Below the pieces are notes generated by a model. It was not told where the DNA came from. It was given only the letters and a program-made list of their open reading frames with translations, and did not search any database. Positions 55,021-64,000 of a stretch of 64,000 nucleotides of DNA are shown in pieces. Position 1 is the first letter of the stretch, and every line of letters begins with the position of its first letter. The DNA lies in assembly GCA_025350905.1 (NCBI GenBank), contig JANXWY010000254.1, positions 365 through 64,364 on the forward strand, given 5' to 3'. Both the position numbers and the translations under genes were made by a program. The DNA comes from Verrucomicrobiota bacterium. GTDB lineage: Bacteria; Verrucomicrobiota; Verrucomicrobiia; Limisphaerales; JADLHS01.

Positions 55021-56862
55021 TTACCGCCCGGCGCCGGCGCCCAACTGGCTGGCCAAAGCGGCGTATTCGGATTGAATGGCATCCCGCTCCTGCTGAACTT
55101 CGGGTGGCAGCGGTCGACCACGGAAGGCAAGGGTGAGGTATTCGGCGAATTGAGCCCGGGCGCCTTCGGCGTAAGTCATCCGTTGCGGAAGCGCGATATC
55201 GGTTTTACCCAGTTTGCGATAAAGCCGCGCCAGATTGAGCTTGGTGGAATCGAAACGCGGGTGGATCTGGTCGGCCGTAAGCAGACTCGTCAATGCCGCG
55301 TTGAGATCACCATTGACCTCCTGCAGGATCGCCCTCAGGAAGAATAAAAAATACGTTGCGGAGGGCGGAGGTTGTTTGCGGTCGCTCCAAAATTCGGCGA
55401 TCCCGCCATCGACCACAATCGCCATCTTGCCCAGCAAGACGTCGGCGTGCGCGGGATCGGTTTGGGCCGCCGCATAGCAGTATGCAGCCAGGTTTCCGAA
55501 GGCGGTCGGGCTGGGCGATGGCAGTCCGATGTGGTACCGCCAGAGCGTTTCGGCGTTGCGCCACGCGGTTTGATACGAAAGTTTTTGAAAGAGATTCAGG
55601 CCGAGGAAAATCAGACATGCCGCCAGGACTACCATCCGCCGGGCCGGCTGGGGATGCCGTAATGCGTGGCCGGCGGCGGCCGAGGCCAGGGCCAGCAGGC
55701 AGAAGGCGGAAAAATAGGCGTAGCGATCCGCCACGATAATTCCCATGAAGATCAGATTCAAAAACGGAATCATCAACGCGAGGAAGGCGCCATAATAAAA
55801 GAACAGATCCTTGCGGAAACGGAACAGCCAGATCCCCGTCCCGAGGAGCGCGGCCAGGGTGGCCAGGGAAGCAATGATCTGCCACACCGGATAGGCGGCC
55901 GCCACCAGTGGCCAGGTGTAAAGCACCGTGTTGTGGGTCGGCAAAAAAATCTGTTTCAGGTAGACCCAGAAGGCCGGGGGATTGAACATCATCAAATTCC
56001 AGAGATGTGCCAGACCGTGCGCCTGATAACCACGGTCAAAGATTCCCATCTGGGCCAGGGTGCGCTGATACCAGACGTAAACCAGGCCGCTGACGATGAG
56101 GCTGGGTATCAGCAGCCAGCCTTCCCGGACGAGCCGGCGCCAATCGGCTAAAGGCGCTTCGGGCGAACGGTCACCCTGCAGGTATGGCAGGCAGGCGGCG
56201 TGGAGGAACAGCACCAGGGGGAAAGTCAGGGCACTGATCTTGGAGAGCAGGGCCACGACGAAACACAACCACGTCGTGGCGAACCAACTGCATTGCGCCG
56301 CGAGGGACGGCGTCGCCAACCTGCGGGTTTGGGCGCAGAGCGCCAGGAGCATGAACAGGGTCGAGAGAATGTCCTTGCGTCCCATGATCCAGGCCACCGG
56401 CTCGGTATGCACGGCCAGCGCCAGATAAGCCACGGTGGTGCCGAGCGCAAAGCCGTAGCGACGGGTCGTCCCCAGCAGGAAGGCGAACATCGCGGCCACC
56501 ACCAGGCCGTGCAGGATGACGTTGCCCAGGTGATACCCAAACGGATTGCCAAAGCCAAAGAGCTGGCTGTCGATGGCCCAGGTGACGTCCCGCACCAGGA
56601 GCGGTTCTTCGCGTGGGAAACCGGTTACAAATATTGCCTTCAGGTTTTCCGTCAACTGCGGCTGGCCGTACAGTTCCGGATGATCCCGCAAAATCCGCAC
56701 GTCATCGAAGTACACAAATCCGTACCACACCGACGGCAGATGGAGCAGCCACGCCGCGACGGCCAGCAAGACACCGGTGAGCAAGCTGCGATAACGGTTC
56801 GCCCAGCCAAGTTCTTTGACGACGGGGGCCGGTCCAGTCGGTTGTGGCGGGATGGGCATCAT
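55021..56862 (-). CDS. polytopic membrane protein with C-terminal TPR repeats (PMT/TMTC-like mannosyltransferase architecture)
   Basis: Start ATG 56862 overlaps the upstream stop codon (ATGA). N-terminal FVYFDDVRIL acidic loop, many transmembrane segments, and a TPR-like C-terminus (LNLARLYRKLGK...). Confidence 0.65.
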   Translation of the reverse strand: MMPIPPQPTGPAPVVKELGWANRYRSLLTGVLLAVAAWLLHLPSVWYGFVYFDDVRILRDHPELYGQPQLTENLKAIFVTGFPREEPLLVRDVTWAIDSQLFGFGNPFGYHLGNVILHGLVVAAMFAFLLGTTRRYGFALGTTVAYLALAVHTEPVAWIMGRKDILSTLFMLLALCAQTRRLATPSLAAQCSWFATTWLCFVVALLSKISALTFPLVLFLHAACLPYLQGDRSPEAPLADWRRLVREGWLLIPSLIVSGLVYVWYQRTLAQMGIFDRGYQAHGLAHLWNLMMFNPPAFWVYLKQIFLPTHNTVLYTWPLVAAAYPVWQIIASLATLAALLGTGIWLFRFRKDLFFYYGAFLALMIPFLNLIFMGIIVADRYAYFSAFCLLALASAAAGHALRHPQPARRMVVLAACLIFLGLNLFQKLSYQTAWRNAETLWRYHIGLPSPSPTAFGNLAAYCYAAAQTDPAHADVLLGKMAIVVDGGIAEFWSDRKQPPPSATYFLFFLRAILQEVNGDLNAALTSLLTADQIHPRFDSTKLNLARLYRKLGKTDIALPQRMTYAEGARAQFAEYLTLAFRGRPLPPEVQQERDAIQSEYAALASQLGAGAGR

Positions 56863-57494
56863 CGAATGGCGGCGATCAACATTTGTTTGGCCATGGGCTT
56901 CCACGGACTCATCAAATAAAGCCGGATGAGCAGCGGATGCACCGGTAGAAATCCTGCCAGCGTCAGCGGCAGAAAACGCGGCACGCAACGGGCAATTCGG
57001 AAACCATTGGCCGCCAGCAAATCACTCAAACCGCGGGCCGTGTAGATGGCCACGTGGGTGTAGTCATCAAAATACTCGCGGGCGCAGTATTTAAAATTTG
57101 GTTGCACGATGGTGAGTTGAGCGCCGGGTTTCATTTTTAGCCGCAGTTGCGCGAGGCAAAGCACCAGGTCAGCTTGCGTCAGGTGCTCGAAACAGTTGCT
57201 GCTGAAAACATAGTCCACGGAATCATCCGCCACCGTCTCCAACCGGGTGACGCTCGTAACCAGGCCTTCCACGCCGCGGTCCAGATGGGCGACCATGCCC
57301 GCCCAGGTGTCCACGGCCAGTCGGCGTTTGGCTTTCACGGCGTTGATGAAATCCCCGTAACCCGCCCCCAATTCCAACACCACGGCATCGGGCGGAATCT
57401 GCTTTTGAAACACGTGCCTCACCAACGTTTGCCAGCATACTTTGCGGCGGGGATCCGGCACGAAGCGGGTCTGGTGGTAGTTGGGGTCAGTCAC
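56859..57494 (-). CDS. class I SAM-dependent methyltransferase
   Basis: Motif I VVLELGAGYGDF. GTG start overlapping the stop codon of the GT2 gene. Confidence 0.75.
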   Translation of the reverse strand: MTDPNYHQTRFVPDPRRKVCWQTLVRHVFQKQIPPDAVVLELGAGYGDFINAVKAKRRLAVDTWAGMVAHLDRGVEGLVTSVTRLETVADDSVDYVFSSNCFEHLTQADLVLCLAQLRLKMKPGAQLTIVQPNFKYCAREYFDDYTHVAIYTARGLSDLLAANGFRIARCVPRFLPLTLAGFLPVHPLLIRLYLMSPWKPMAKQMLIAAIR

Positions 57495-58464
57495 GGGCGA
57501 ATCCCTTCCAATCCACGAAGATGCCGAGCAACATCCGCAGGCCCAACCGGGTGGCGACCCGGTTGTTCAAGTTGCCGCCTTTGCTGGTGCCGACCCGGGG
57601 ATGGAACGTGATCGGGCATTCGAGGATGCGCAGCCCCAGCTTGAGCGCGGTGTCGAGAAAGTAGGCGTTGAATTCGAGGTTGATCCGGGGGTCCAGGTTT
57701 TGCAGAAGCCGGCGCAGCGACTCATTGCGGCACACTTTGTAAGTCGTGCCCACATCCGTGAGCGAAACCATCCCCAGATGCTTTAATTCAAGAACTTTCC
57801 CGGCGAACAGATTTCCGTAATGCATGAACAGGGATAATTGCGTGCGCCGGTCCTGAAGTTGTTCGACGATCCGACTGCCGTTCACCACATCGGCGTGGGG
57901 AATATAGGCGAGGAACTTGTCGAGGTCGTTCGCGCGAAACGTCAGGTCCCCTTCGCACAAAACCGTTAATTCGGTGTCCTCAAACCGGAGCGCCTGCTGC
58001 AACGCCCGGTGAACACACGCGCCGTACCCTTGGCGTGGTTCATTAAAAACGAGGGCGCCGGCTTCCTCGGCGACCGCCATGGTTCGGTCCGTACTATTAT
58101 TGCTGATCACGATCACGCGCCGAACCAGCGGATGCGCCCGAAAATCCTGCACGGCGGGGCCGATGCTGCGTTCGTCGTTGTACGCGGTGAGGGCGACGGT
58201 GAAGAAACGATTCGCCGGCGGGTCATTGCGGATGGATTTAGCGTGGCGCAGCCGCACCACATTGCGGAACAAATCCCAGCCGATTAACACCGCGCCGATC
58301 ACCAACGGGATGCCGCTGTACCAGACGAGCGCTTCATTGAAGCGCCGAAATAGGGGCGGATCCCAGAACAGCCAGCGCAGCGGGCCAAGCGCAACCCCGG
58401 CGACATAAGCGGTCAACGCAAGCGAGACGAAAAGAAAACCATAGAGCGCTCGCCAAGTTGTCAT
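57487..58464 (-). CDS. family 2 glycosyltransferase (polyprenyl-phosphate sugar synthase-like)
   Basis: N-terminal transmembrane segments, then FTVALTAYNDERSIGPAV...VISNNSTDRT...CEGDLTF. Confidence 0.8.
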   Translation of the reverse strand: MTTWRALYGFLFVSLALTAYVAGVALGPLRWLFWDPPLFRRFNEALVWYSGIPLVIGAVLIGWDLFRNVVRLRHAKSIRNDPPANRFFTVALTAYNDERSIGPAVQDFRAHPLVRRVIVISNNSTDRTMAVAEEAGALVFNEPRQGYGACVHRALQQALRFEDTELTVLCEGDLTFRANDLDKFLAYIPHADVVNGSRIVEQLQDRRTQLSLFMHYGNLFAGKVLELKHLGMVSLTDVGTTYKVCRNESLRRLLQNLDPRINLEFNAYFLDTALKLGLRILECPITFHPRVGTSKGGNLNNRVATRLGLRMLLGIFVDWKGFARD

Positions 58465-58608
58465 CGTGTCCGGCCAGTGGATGGAAAGATGTCCGGGAGG
58501 CTCTGCTGGGGAGTAATTTGTTCGCCAACGCTCACCAATTCATGCTAGCCGCAGGGTTCGACCTGTCAACAGTTGACTCCCGCGCGCGCGGACGTGCGGC
58601 CCGCCCGG

Positions 58609-59577
58609 TCAATTCGCTTCAATGCGCAGGAACTGGGTGTTGGGCGCCGTCCCGAGTTCAACTTTATTCAGGCAGGCCGGCAGCAGGCAAAAATCCCCGG
58701 CGCGCAAAACCGGTGAATCGCTCCCGCTCACCCGCGCCTCCCCCGCGACCACGCCGACGATCTGCATCCGTCGTGCCGGTAAAGGAATGACGCCCTTTTC
58801 CGCTGCACGAAATAATTCCACGGTAAAGAGCGGATCGCGGACCAACCGGCGGATGCGACAGTTCACCCCGGTGGTTTCTTCGCCGCCGACCAGCCCGGGT
58901 TCGAAGTCGTCGAAGTCAATGCTGGCGAGTGATTGCGCCACGTGCAGCGCGCGCGGCTGCCCGTCGAGCCCGACGCGGTTCCAGTCGAAGACGCGATAGG
59001 TGGTGTCCGAGTTTTGTTGGATTTCAAAGATCACCAGCCCCGCGCCGATGGCATGAACGCGGCCGCTCGGCAAGAACATGGCGTCGCCTGCGCGTACGGG
59101 TACTCGGTGAAAACATTCCGCCACGCTGCCGTCCCGGAGTCCCCGCTCGAAGTCGGCGCGCGTAACTCCCCGCTTGAGTCCAACGTAAAGTTCCGCGCCT
59201 GGCGCGGCTTCGGCGATGAACCACATTTCGGTCTTGGGCTCGCCCTGCAGTTCGGCGGCTTTGGCTGCGGGCGGATGCACCTGGAGGGAGAGCTTATCCT
59301 GCGCATCGAGCAGCTTGAGTAGCAGTGGAAAACGTCCCTCGGCCAGGCGCGCATCCCCGAGCAAATCGGCGCGGTGGTTTTCCACCAGCCAATGCAAATC
59401 TTTCCCCGCCAGCGGCCCGTGGTCGATGACGTTGGCGGCGTCGGGGCGGTCGCTGATCTCCCAGGATTCGCCGATGGGCCCACGCTCCGGGAGTTGCTTG
59501 CCGTAAAAGCGAGCCAAGCTGCGTCCACCCCAGACGCGCGGTTGGAAGATTGGTTTAAAGCTCAGCGGATAAAGCAT
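58609..59577 (-). CDS. manA: type I phosphomannose isomerase
   Basis: PRVWGG, ESWEISD, LSLQVHP and a cupin C-terminus. Confidence 0.85.
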   Translation of the reverse strand: MLYPLSFKPIFQPRVWGGRSLARFYGKQLPERGPIGESWEISDRPDAANVIDHGPLAGKDLHWLVENHRADLLGDARLAEGRFPLLLKLLDAQDKLSLQVHPPAAKAAELQGEPKTEMWFIAEAAPGAELYVGLKRGVTRADFERGLRDGSVAECFHRVPVRAGDAMFLPSGRVHAIGAGLVIFEIQQNSDTTYRVFDWNRVGLDGQPRALHVAQSLASIDFDDFEPGLVGGEETTGVNCRIRRLVRDPLFTVELFRAAEKGVIPLPARRMQIVGVVAGEARVSGSDSPVLRAGDFCLLPACLNKVELGTAPNTQFLRIEAN

Positions 59578-59836
59578 GGTCAGTAGGATTGGCGATTTGA
59601 TCCAACCGGTCAGGTACGGTGCGGTGCGTACGAAGTGACTCCGGCCGCGAACCCGTTGATAGGAGGGACGAGTTACACGAGTCCCCGACCTTTCGGCCCC
59701 GTCGAAACCCTTGGGGCTCGGCTAACTCCTCCCGCCATGGTCTGGAGGCCGGCTCGGCGGGACGTGCTCGATCCGCGAAATTCAATGCGTGTCCATTCCG
59801 GGTTGAAATTATCGGTTGGTGATTCGCGGCTTCCCC

Positions 59837-60871
59837 TCAGGCCGCGGGTGCGGCGTGCGCGGCGCGGCGGAGAGTTTTCTTGCCGGCGCTTTTTTCTTCC
59901 GGTGTGGCCGCCTGTTCCAGGAAATGCCCGTGCGCGCGGAATTTTTCGTAGCGTTTCTTGAGTCGCTCCGGGCCGGGTAGCGCCAGGAGTTCGCCGAGAT
60001 GGCGGAGGAGCGCGGATTTCAACGCGGCGGCCGTGACGGCGGGGTCGGTGTGCGCCCCGCCCAGCGGTTCGGGGACAATTTCATCCACCAGCTTGAATTG
60101 CAGAAGTTCGTTCGCGGTGATTTTCAAGGCGGCCGCCGCCTTGGCGGAGGCCGCCCGGTCTTTCCACAAAATGGCGGCGCAACCCTCGGGACTGATCACG
60201 GAGTAATAGGCATTCTCCAAAATCAAAACGCGATCCGCCACGCCGATGCCGAGCGCACCGCCGGAACCGCCTTCGCCGATGACAATGGCGATGACCGGCA
60301 CATCCAGCAGCGTCATCTCGCGCAGGTTCACCGCGATGGCTTCCGCGATATGGCGTTCTTCGGCTCCGACCCCCGGATAGGCACCGGCCGTGTCAATAAG
60401 CGTGATGATCGGCAGGCCGAATTTCTCAGCGAGGCGCATCAGCCGCAGCGCCTTGCGATAGCCTTCGGGATGAGCGGAGCCGAAATTGCGGAGAATATTT
60501 TCCTTGGTGTCGCGCCCCTTCTGCGTGCCGATAACGACGACGCGGTGTTCGCCGAGCCGGGCGAAACCGCCGACCATGGCGCGGTCCTCGGCGAAGAGGC
60601 GGTCGCCGTGCAATTCCCGGAAATCGGTGAAGGCGGCGTTAAGATAGTCGAGCGTGTAGGGTCGTTTCGGATGGCGGGCGAGCTGAATGCGCTGCCAGGG
60701 GGTGAGATTGGCGTAAACCTGTCGGCGCGTTTCCTCGAGTTTGACTTCGATCTGCTGGATTTCCTCTTCCATGCTGATCCCCATGGCATGCATCTCGGGG
60801 TGCTGGCGGAGGTCCTCCAGCTTTTGTTGCAGTTCGAAGATCGGTTTCTCGAAATCGAGCTGATGTTTCAT
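59837..60871 (-). CDS. accA: acetyl-CoA carboxylase carboxyltransferase alpha subunit
   Basis: From ATG 60871: MKHQLDFEKPIFELQQKLEDLR..., IGEGGSGGALGIGVADRVLILENAYYSVISPEGCAAILWKD. Confidence 0.9.
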   Translation of the reverse strand: MKHQLDFEKPIFELQQKLEDLRQHPEMHAMGISMEEEIQQIEVKLEETRRQVYANLTPWQRIQLARHPKRPYTLDYLNAAFTDFRELHGDRLFAEDRAMVGGFARLGEHRVVVIGTQKGRDTKENILRNFGSAHPEGYRKALRLMRLAEKFGLPIITLIDTAGAYPGVGAEERHIAEAIAVNLREMTLLDVPVIAIVIGEGGSGGALGIGVADRVLILENAYYSVISPEGCAAILWKDRAASAKAAAALKITANELLQFKLVDEIVPEPLGGAHTDPAVTAAALKSALLRHLGELLALPGPERLKKRYEKFRAHGHFLEQAATPEEKSAGKKTLRRAAHAAPAA

Positions 60872-61129
60872 GACTGCCAAGCTTAAGTGACCCGGTAGCG
60901 ACAGGCAACGGCGAATTCCCGGGGCGCCGCTTGAGGCCCACGCTTGTCCTTTCCTTGCGGAGCGCCGCTCTCCGATCCGGCGCGTCTTCGTGCGATTCAT
61001 TTTCCTGCCGGGTCGGAGACCGGCCCTGCGGGGCCGGCCTCCAACTGCGCCCGAATTGCAGTACGCCTCCGCGAATTGCTTGAAAAGCCTTTCATTGGCG
61101 CGGGTTCCGGTGTAAACGAAATCCCCTGC

Positions 61130-64000
61130 ATGAACCCATGGTCCCGCCTCGCCATCGCCTTATTGTCGCTCACCTTGCCATTGTTTCCGGCGCGCGCCGC
61201 GGAAGATCCGTTTGCTGAAAATATTCGTACGACCGAGCCGCTCCCGCCGGACCAGGAACAGAAACAATTTCAGCTGCCGCCGGGGTTTGAAATTCAGCTC
61301 GTCGCCGCTGAGCCGGACATTGCCAAGCCCATGAACCTGGCCTTCGATGCCCAAGGTCGGCTCTGGGTAACCGAATCGCGTGAGTATCCGTTCGCCGCCG
61401 CCGCCAACCAGCCGGGCCGTGATCGCATCCAGGTGCTCAGCGACTTTGGCCCGGATGGGCGGGCACGCAAAATCACCACGTTCGCGGAAGGCCTGAACAT
61501 CCCGATCGGTTTGCTGCCGTATCGCGAGGGTGTTATCGCGTTCAGCATCCCCGACATTTATTATTTCGCCGACACAAACGCCGATGGCCACGCCGACACG
61601 AAGGAGCGGTTGCTGGGGCAGGTGGGGGCGCGCGACACGCACGGTTTAACCAGCGCCTTCCGCCGCGGCTACGACGGCTGGATCTACGCCGACCACGGCT
61701 ACAACAATGACTCCGCCCTGATCGCCCAGGACGGCAGCCGGATCAACTTGAACTCCGGGAACACCTATCGCTTCCGGCCGGACGGCGCGCACGTCGAGCA
61801 ATTCACCTGGGGGCAGGTCAATCCCTTCGGCTTGATGTTTGATCCACTCGGCGATTTGTGGTCGGCCGATTGTCATAGTTCGCCCGTCTACCAACTGTTG
61901 CGCGGCGCTTATTATCCAAGCTTTGGCAAGCCTCACGATGGCCTTGGTTTCGCCCCAAATATTTGTGATCACGCGCACGGATCGACCGCCATCGCGGGGA
62001 TCGTGTTTTATGCCGCCACCAATTTTCCGCCGTCGTTTCGTGGCAATACCTTCATCGGCAACGTCATGACCTGCCGGATCAACCGCGACACGTACGTCGA
62101 ACATGGCTCGACCCGGATCGCCCAGGAAGCGCCGGATTTTCTGCGCAGCAATGACCCGTGGTTTCGGCCGGTGGACTTGCAACTCGGCCCGGACGGCGCG
62201 CTTTACATCGCCGATTTTTACAATCGCATCATCGGCCACTACGAAGTGCCGCTCGATCATCCGGGGCGCGACCGGGAGCGTGGGCGCATCTGGCGTATTG
62301 TTTATCGTGGTGACGGCCTGGTCCCGCCTTCGCCCCAGACTTTTGATTTTGCCAAAGCCGCGACCGCCGAGCTGCTCAACCAACTGGCCAATCCGAACCT
62401 GACTTGTCGAATGTTGGCTCTGAACCAAATCGTGGATCGCATCGGCCAGCCCGCGATCGGCCCGGTCGGTAAAATGTTGCGGGACAAAAAATCCACGGCG
62501 GAGCAAAAATCACTGGGCCTTTGGATTCTCCATCGTCTCGGAGCTTTGAAAGGGGAAACCCTGGCGGCGGCGGGTGACCCGGACCGCTTGGTTCGCGTCC
62601 ACGCCATGCGTGTGTTGTCCGAACTGCCTTCCGTCAACGGATCGCTACCACCGCCGTATCGGTCGCTGGTCTTTGCCGGTTTGCTGGACCGCGACGCCTA
62701 CGTCCAACGAGCGGCGGCCGACGCGCTGGGTCAGCACGGGTCCAACCGCGAACCCGTTGACTCCGAAGCGATCCAGCGCCTGCTCAAGTTGCGCGTGCGG
62801 ATTCCCGCGGACGATGTCCAGTTGCTGCATGTTTGCCGGATGGCGCTACGCAACCAGCTGCGTTCGCCCGGCGCGTTCCTGTACCTGGAAACCCAAAATC
62901 TGAGCGCGCCCGATGCGAAAGCGATCGCGGAAGTCGTGCTCGGCCTTCCCGGCGAAGCGCCGGCTTCGTTCTTATTAAAACAGCTCCAAAGCACCTCCGA
63001 AAACCGGGACCAGCTACTGGCGGATCTGCGCCACGTCGCACGCTATGCGCCGGTATCCGAATTGGATGCGATTCCCACGCTGGCTCAAACGAATTTCCCC
63101 ACTGACTTGGAGACCCAGTTCGCGTTGTTCAAGGTGTTACAGGAGGGCCTCGCTCAGCGGGGTGGAAAACTTAGCCCCCGGTTGCGCGATTGGGCTGGCA
63201 CCTTGGCCGAACAACTATTGGCGTCCGCCAGTGACACAAACACACCTTGGGTCAGCGTGGCGCTGGCCGAGGCGCCCACCGTGAGCCCGTGGTTTTTGCA
63301 AACCCGGAAATCGGTCGATGGCGATGAAGCTTCAACTTTTCTTTGCAGTCTGCCGCCCGACGGGGAGAAACTCACGGGGACGTTGCGCTCGCGAGCTTTT
63401 CCCATCCCGGCCAAACTTGGTTTTTATCTCGCCGGCCACGACGGTTTTCCGGATCAACCTCCGGGGCACAAGAATCTCATCCGCCTGCTGGCCGCCGACA
63501 CGTCCGAAGTGTTGGCCAGCGCCGCACCGCCGCGCAATGACCTCGCGCAACCGGTGACCTGGGACTTGAGCGCGTTTGCCGGCCGACTCGGTCGGTTGGA
63601 GATCGTGGACGGCGACACCGGCACCGCTTACGCGTGGCTGGCCGTCGGGCGATTTGATCCGTTGGTCATCCCGCTGCCGTCTACCAACCCGAATCGGCAG
63701 GGCCAACGATTACTCAACGCCGCCGAGCTCACGCGCACAGTTCCTTTGCCACAATTCGCCGCGCGCTTCGCCGAGCTCTTTAACGCGAGTGAAACCCCCG
63801 AAGAATGGCGCGCGGCCGCCGCCCGAACGCTCCTCGCCCTCGACGCGCCGGTTTACCTTGGCGTGGTGGCCGGGAGCCTGGAGAACACCAACTCGCCGGC
63901 CGCCCTGCGCGAGCCGCTGGCCCTGCTGCTGGCCGAACAAAACTCACCGGTCGCGCGCTCAGCGGTATTCGCCGCGCTCCGGACGGCGCCCCACCGCTTG
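61130..64000 (+). CDS. PVC-type membrane-bound-dehydrogenase-domain protein with HEAT-like repeats (5' part, runs off the window end)
   Basis: Absent from the ORF track because it is open at the edge. My translation from ATG 61130 gives MNPWSRLAIALLSLTLPLFPARAAEDPF...FQLPPGFEIQLVAAEPDIAKPMNLAFDAQGRLWVTES...DPWFRPVDLQLGPDGALYIADFYNRIIGHYEVPLDHPGRDRERGRIWRIVY. The frame stays open to 64000. Confidence 0.8.
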   Translation, partial: MNPWSRLAIALLSLTLPLFPARAAEDPFAENIRTTEPLPPDQEQKQFQLPPGFEIQLVAAEPDIAKPMNLAFDAQGRLWVTESREYPFAAAANQPGRDRIQVLSDFGPDGRARKITTFAEGLNIPIGLLPYREGVIAFSIPDIYYFADTNADGHADTKERLLGQVGARDTHGLTSAFRRGYDGWIYADHGYNNDSALIAQDGSRINLNSGNTYRFRPDGAHVEQFTWGQVNPFGLMFDPLGDLWSADCHSSPVYQLLRGAYYPSFGKPHDGLGFAPNICDHAHGSTAIAGIVFYAATNFPPSFRGNTFIGNVMTCRINRDTYVEHGSTRIAQEAPDFLRSNDPWFRPVDLQLGPDGALYIADFYNRIIGHYEVPLDHPGRDRERGRIWRIVYRGDGLVPPSPQTFDFAKAATAELLNQLANPNLTCRMLALNQIVDRIGQPAIGPVGKMLRDKKSTAEQKSLGLWILHRLGALKGETLAAAGDPDRLVRVHAMRVLSELPSVNGSLPPPYRSLVFAGLLDRDAYVQRAAADALGQHGSNREPVDSEAIQRLLKLRVRIPADDVQLLHVCRMALRNQLRSPGAFLYLETQNLSAPDAKAIAEVVLGLPGEAPASFLLKQLQSTSENRDQLLADLRHVARYAPVSELDAIPTLAQTNFPTDLETQFALFKVLQEGLAQRGGKLSPRLRDWAGTLAEQLLASASDTNTPWVSVALAEAPTVSPWFLQTRKSVDGDEASTFLCSLPPDGEKLTGTLRSRAFPIPAKLGFYLAGHDGFPDQPPGHKNLIRLLAADTSEVLASAAPPRNDLAQPVTWDLSAFAGRLGRLEIVDGDTGTAYAWLAVGRFDPLVIPLPSTNPNRQGQRLLNAAELTRTVPLPQFAARFAELFNASETPEEWRAAAARTLLALDAPVYLGVVAGSLENTNSPAALREPLALLLAEQNSPVARSAVFAALRTAPHRL

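Overview
High-GC chromosomal segment whose gene content fits the PVC superphylum, Verrucomicrobiota-like. Markers are giant dehydrogenase/heme-c/ThuA proteins, PQQ beta-propellers, an RRM protein and rpoN. I support about 55 CDS, mostly housekeeping: argG (partial), family-4 UDG, mpl, a pilC/gspF-like gene, class I fumarase alpha subunit, pabC-like, pabB, LOG, bioF-bioA, rpoN, two Ser/Thr kinases flanking aguB, comF, accD, nth, rsmD, an iolE-D-C-B plus aldolase cluster, a glycosyl/mannosyltransferase cluster, manA, accA, and a second giant PVC-type protein running off the right edge. I saw no rRNA, tRNA or CRISPR array. Three things stand out. (1) A ~1.35 kb AT-richer islet (10336-11865) carries a MazG-like gene and an atypical Nudix gene. 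It sits in the 3' end of the fumarase alpha gene and is bounded by 184-bp direct repeats that are two diverged but still codon-conserved copies of that 3' end. This looks like an integrase-less integrative cassette and a candidate nucleotide-targeting two-gene module of unknown role. (2) Several families of palindromic mini-elements are present: GTAG-headed REPIN-like doublets, ~130-157 bp TIR elements, and TCGC-NNN-GCGA hairpins. They repeatedly sit inside housekeeping CDS (pabB, a methyltransferase, bioF, bioA twice, an aldolase tail) without breaking the frame. (3) A repeat-flanked DUF559 pseudogene cassette splits the iol cluster, and a MITE-like element with direct-repeat flanks lies in a 576-bp ORF-free spacer. 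All functional readings of these are inference from sequence only.
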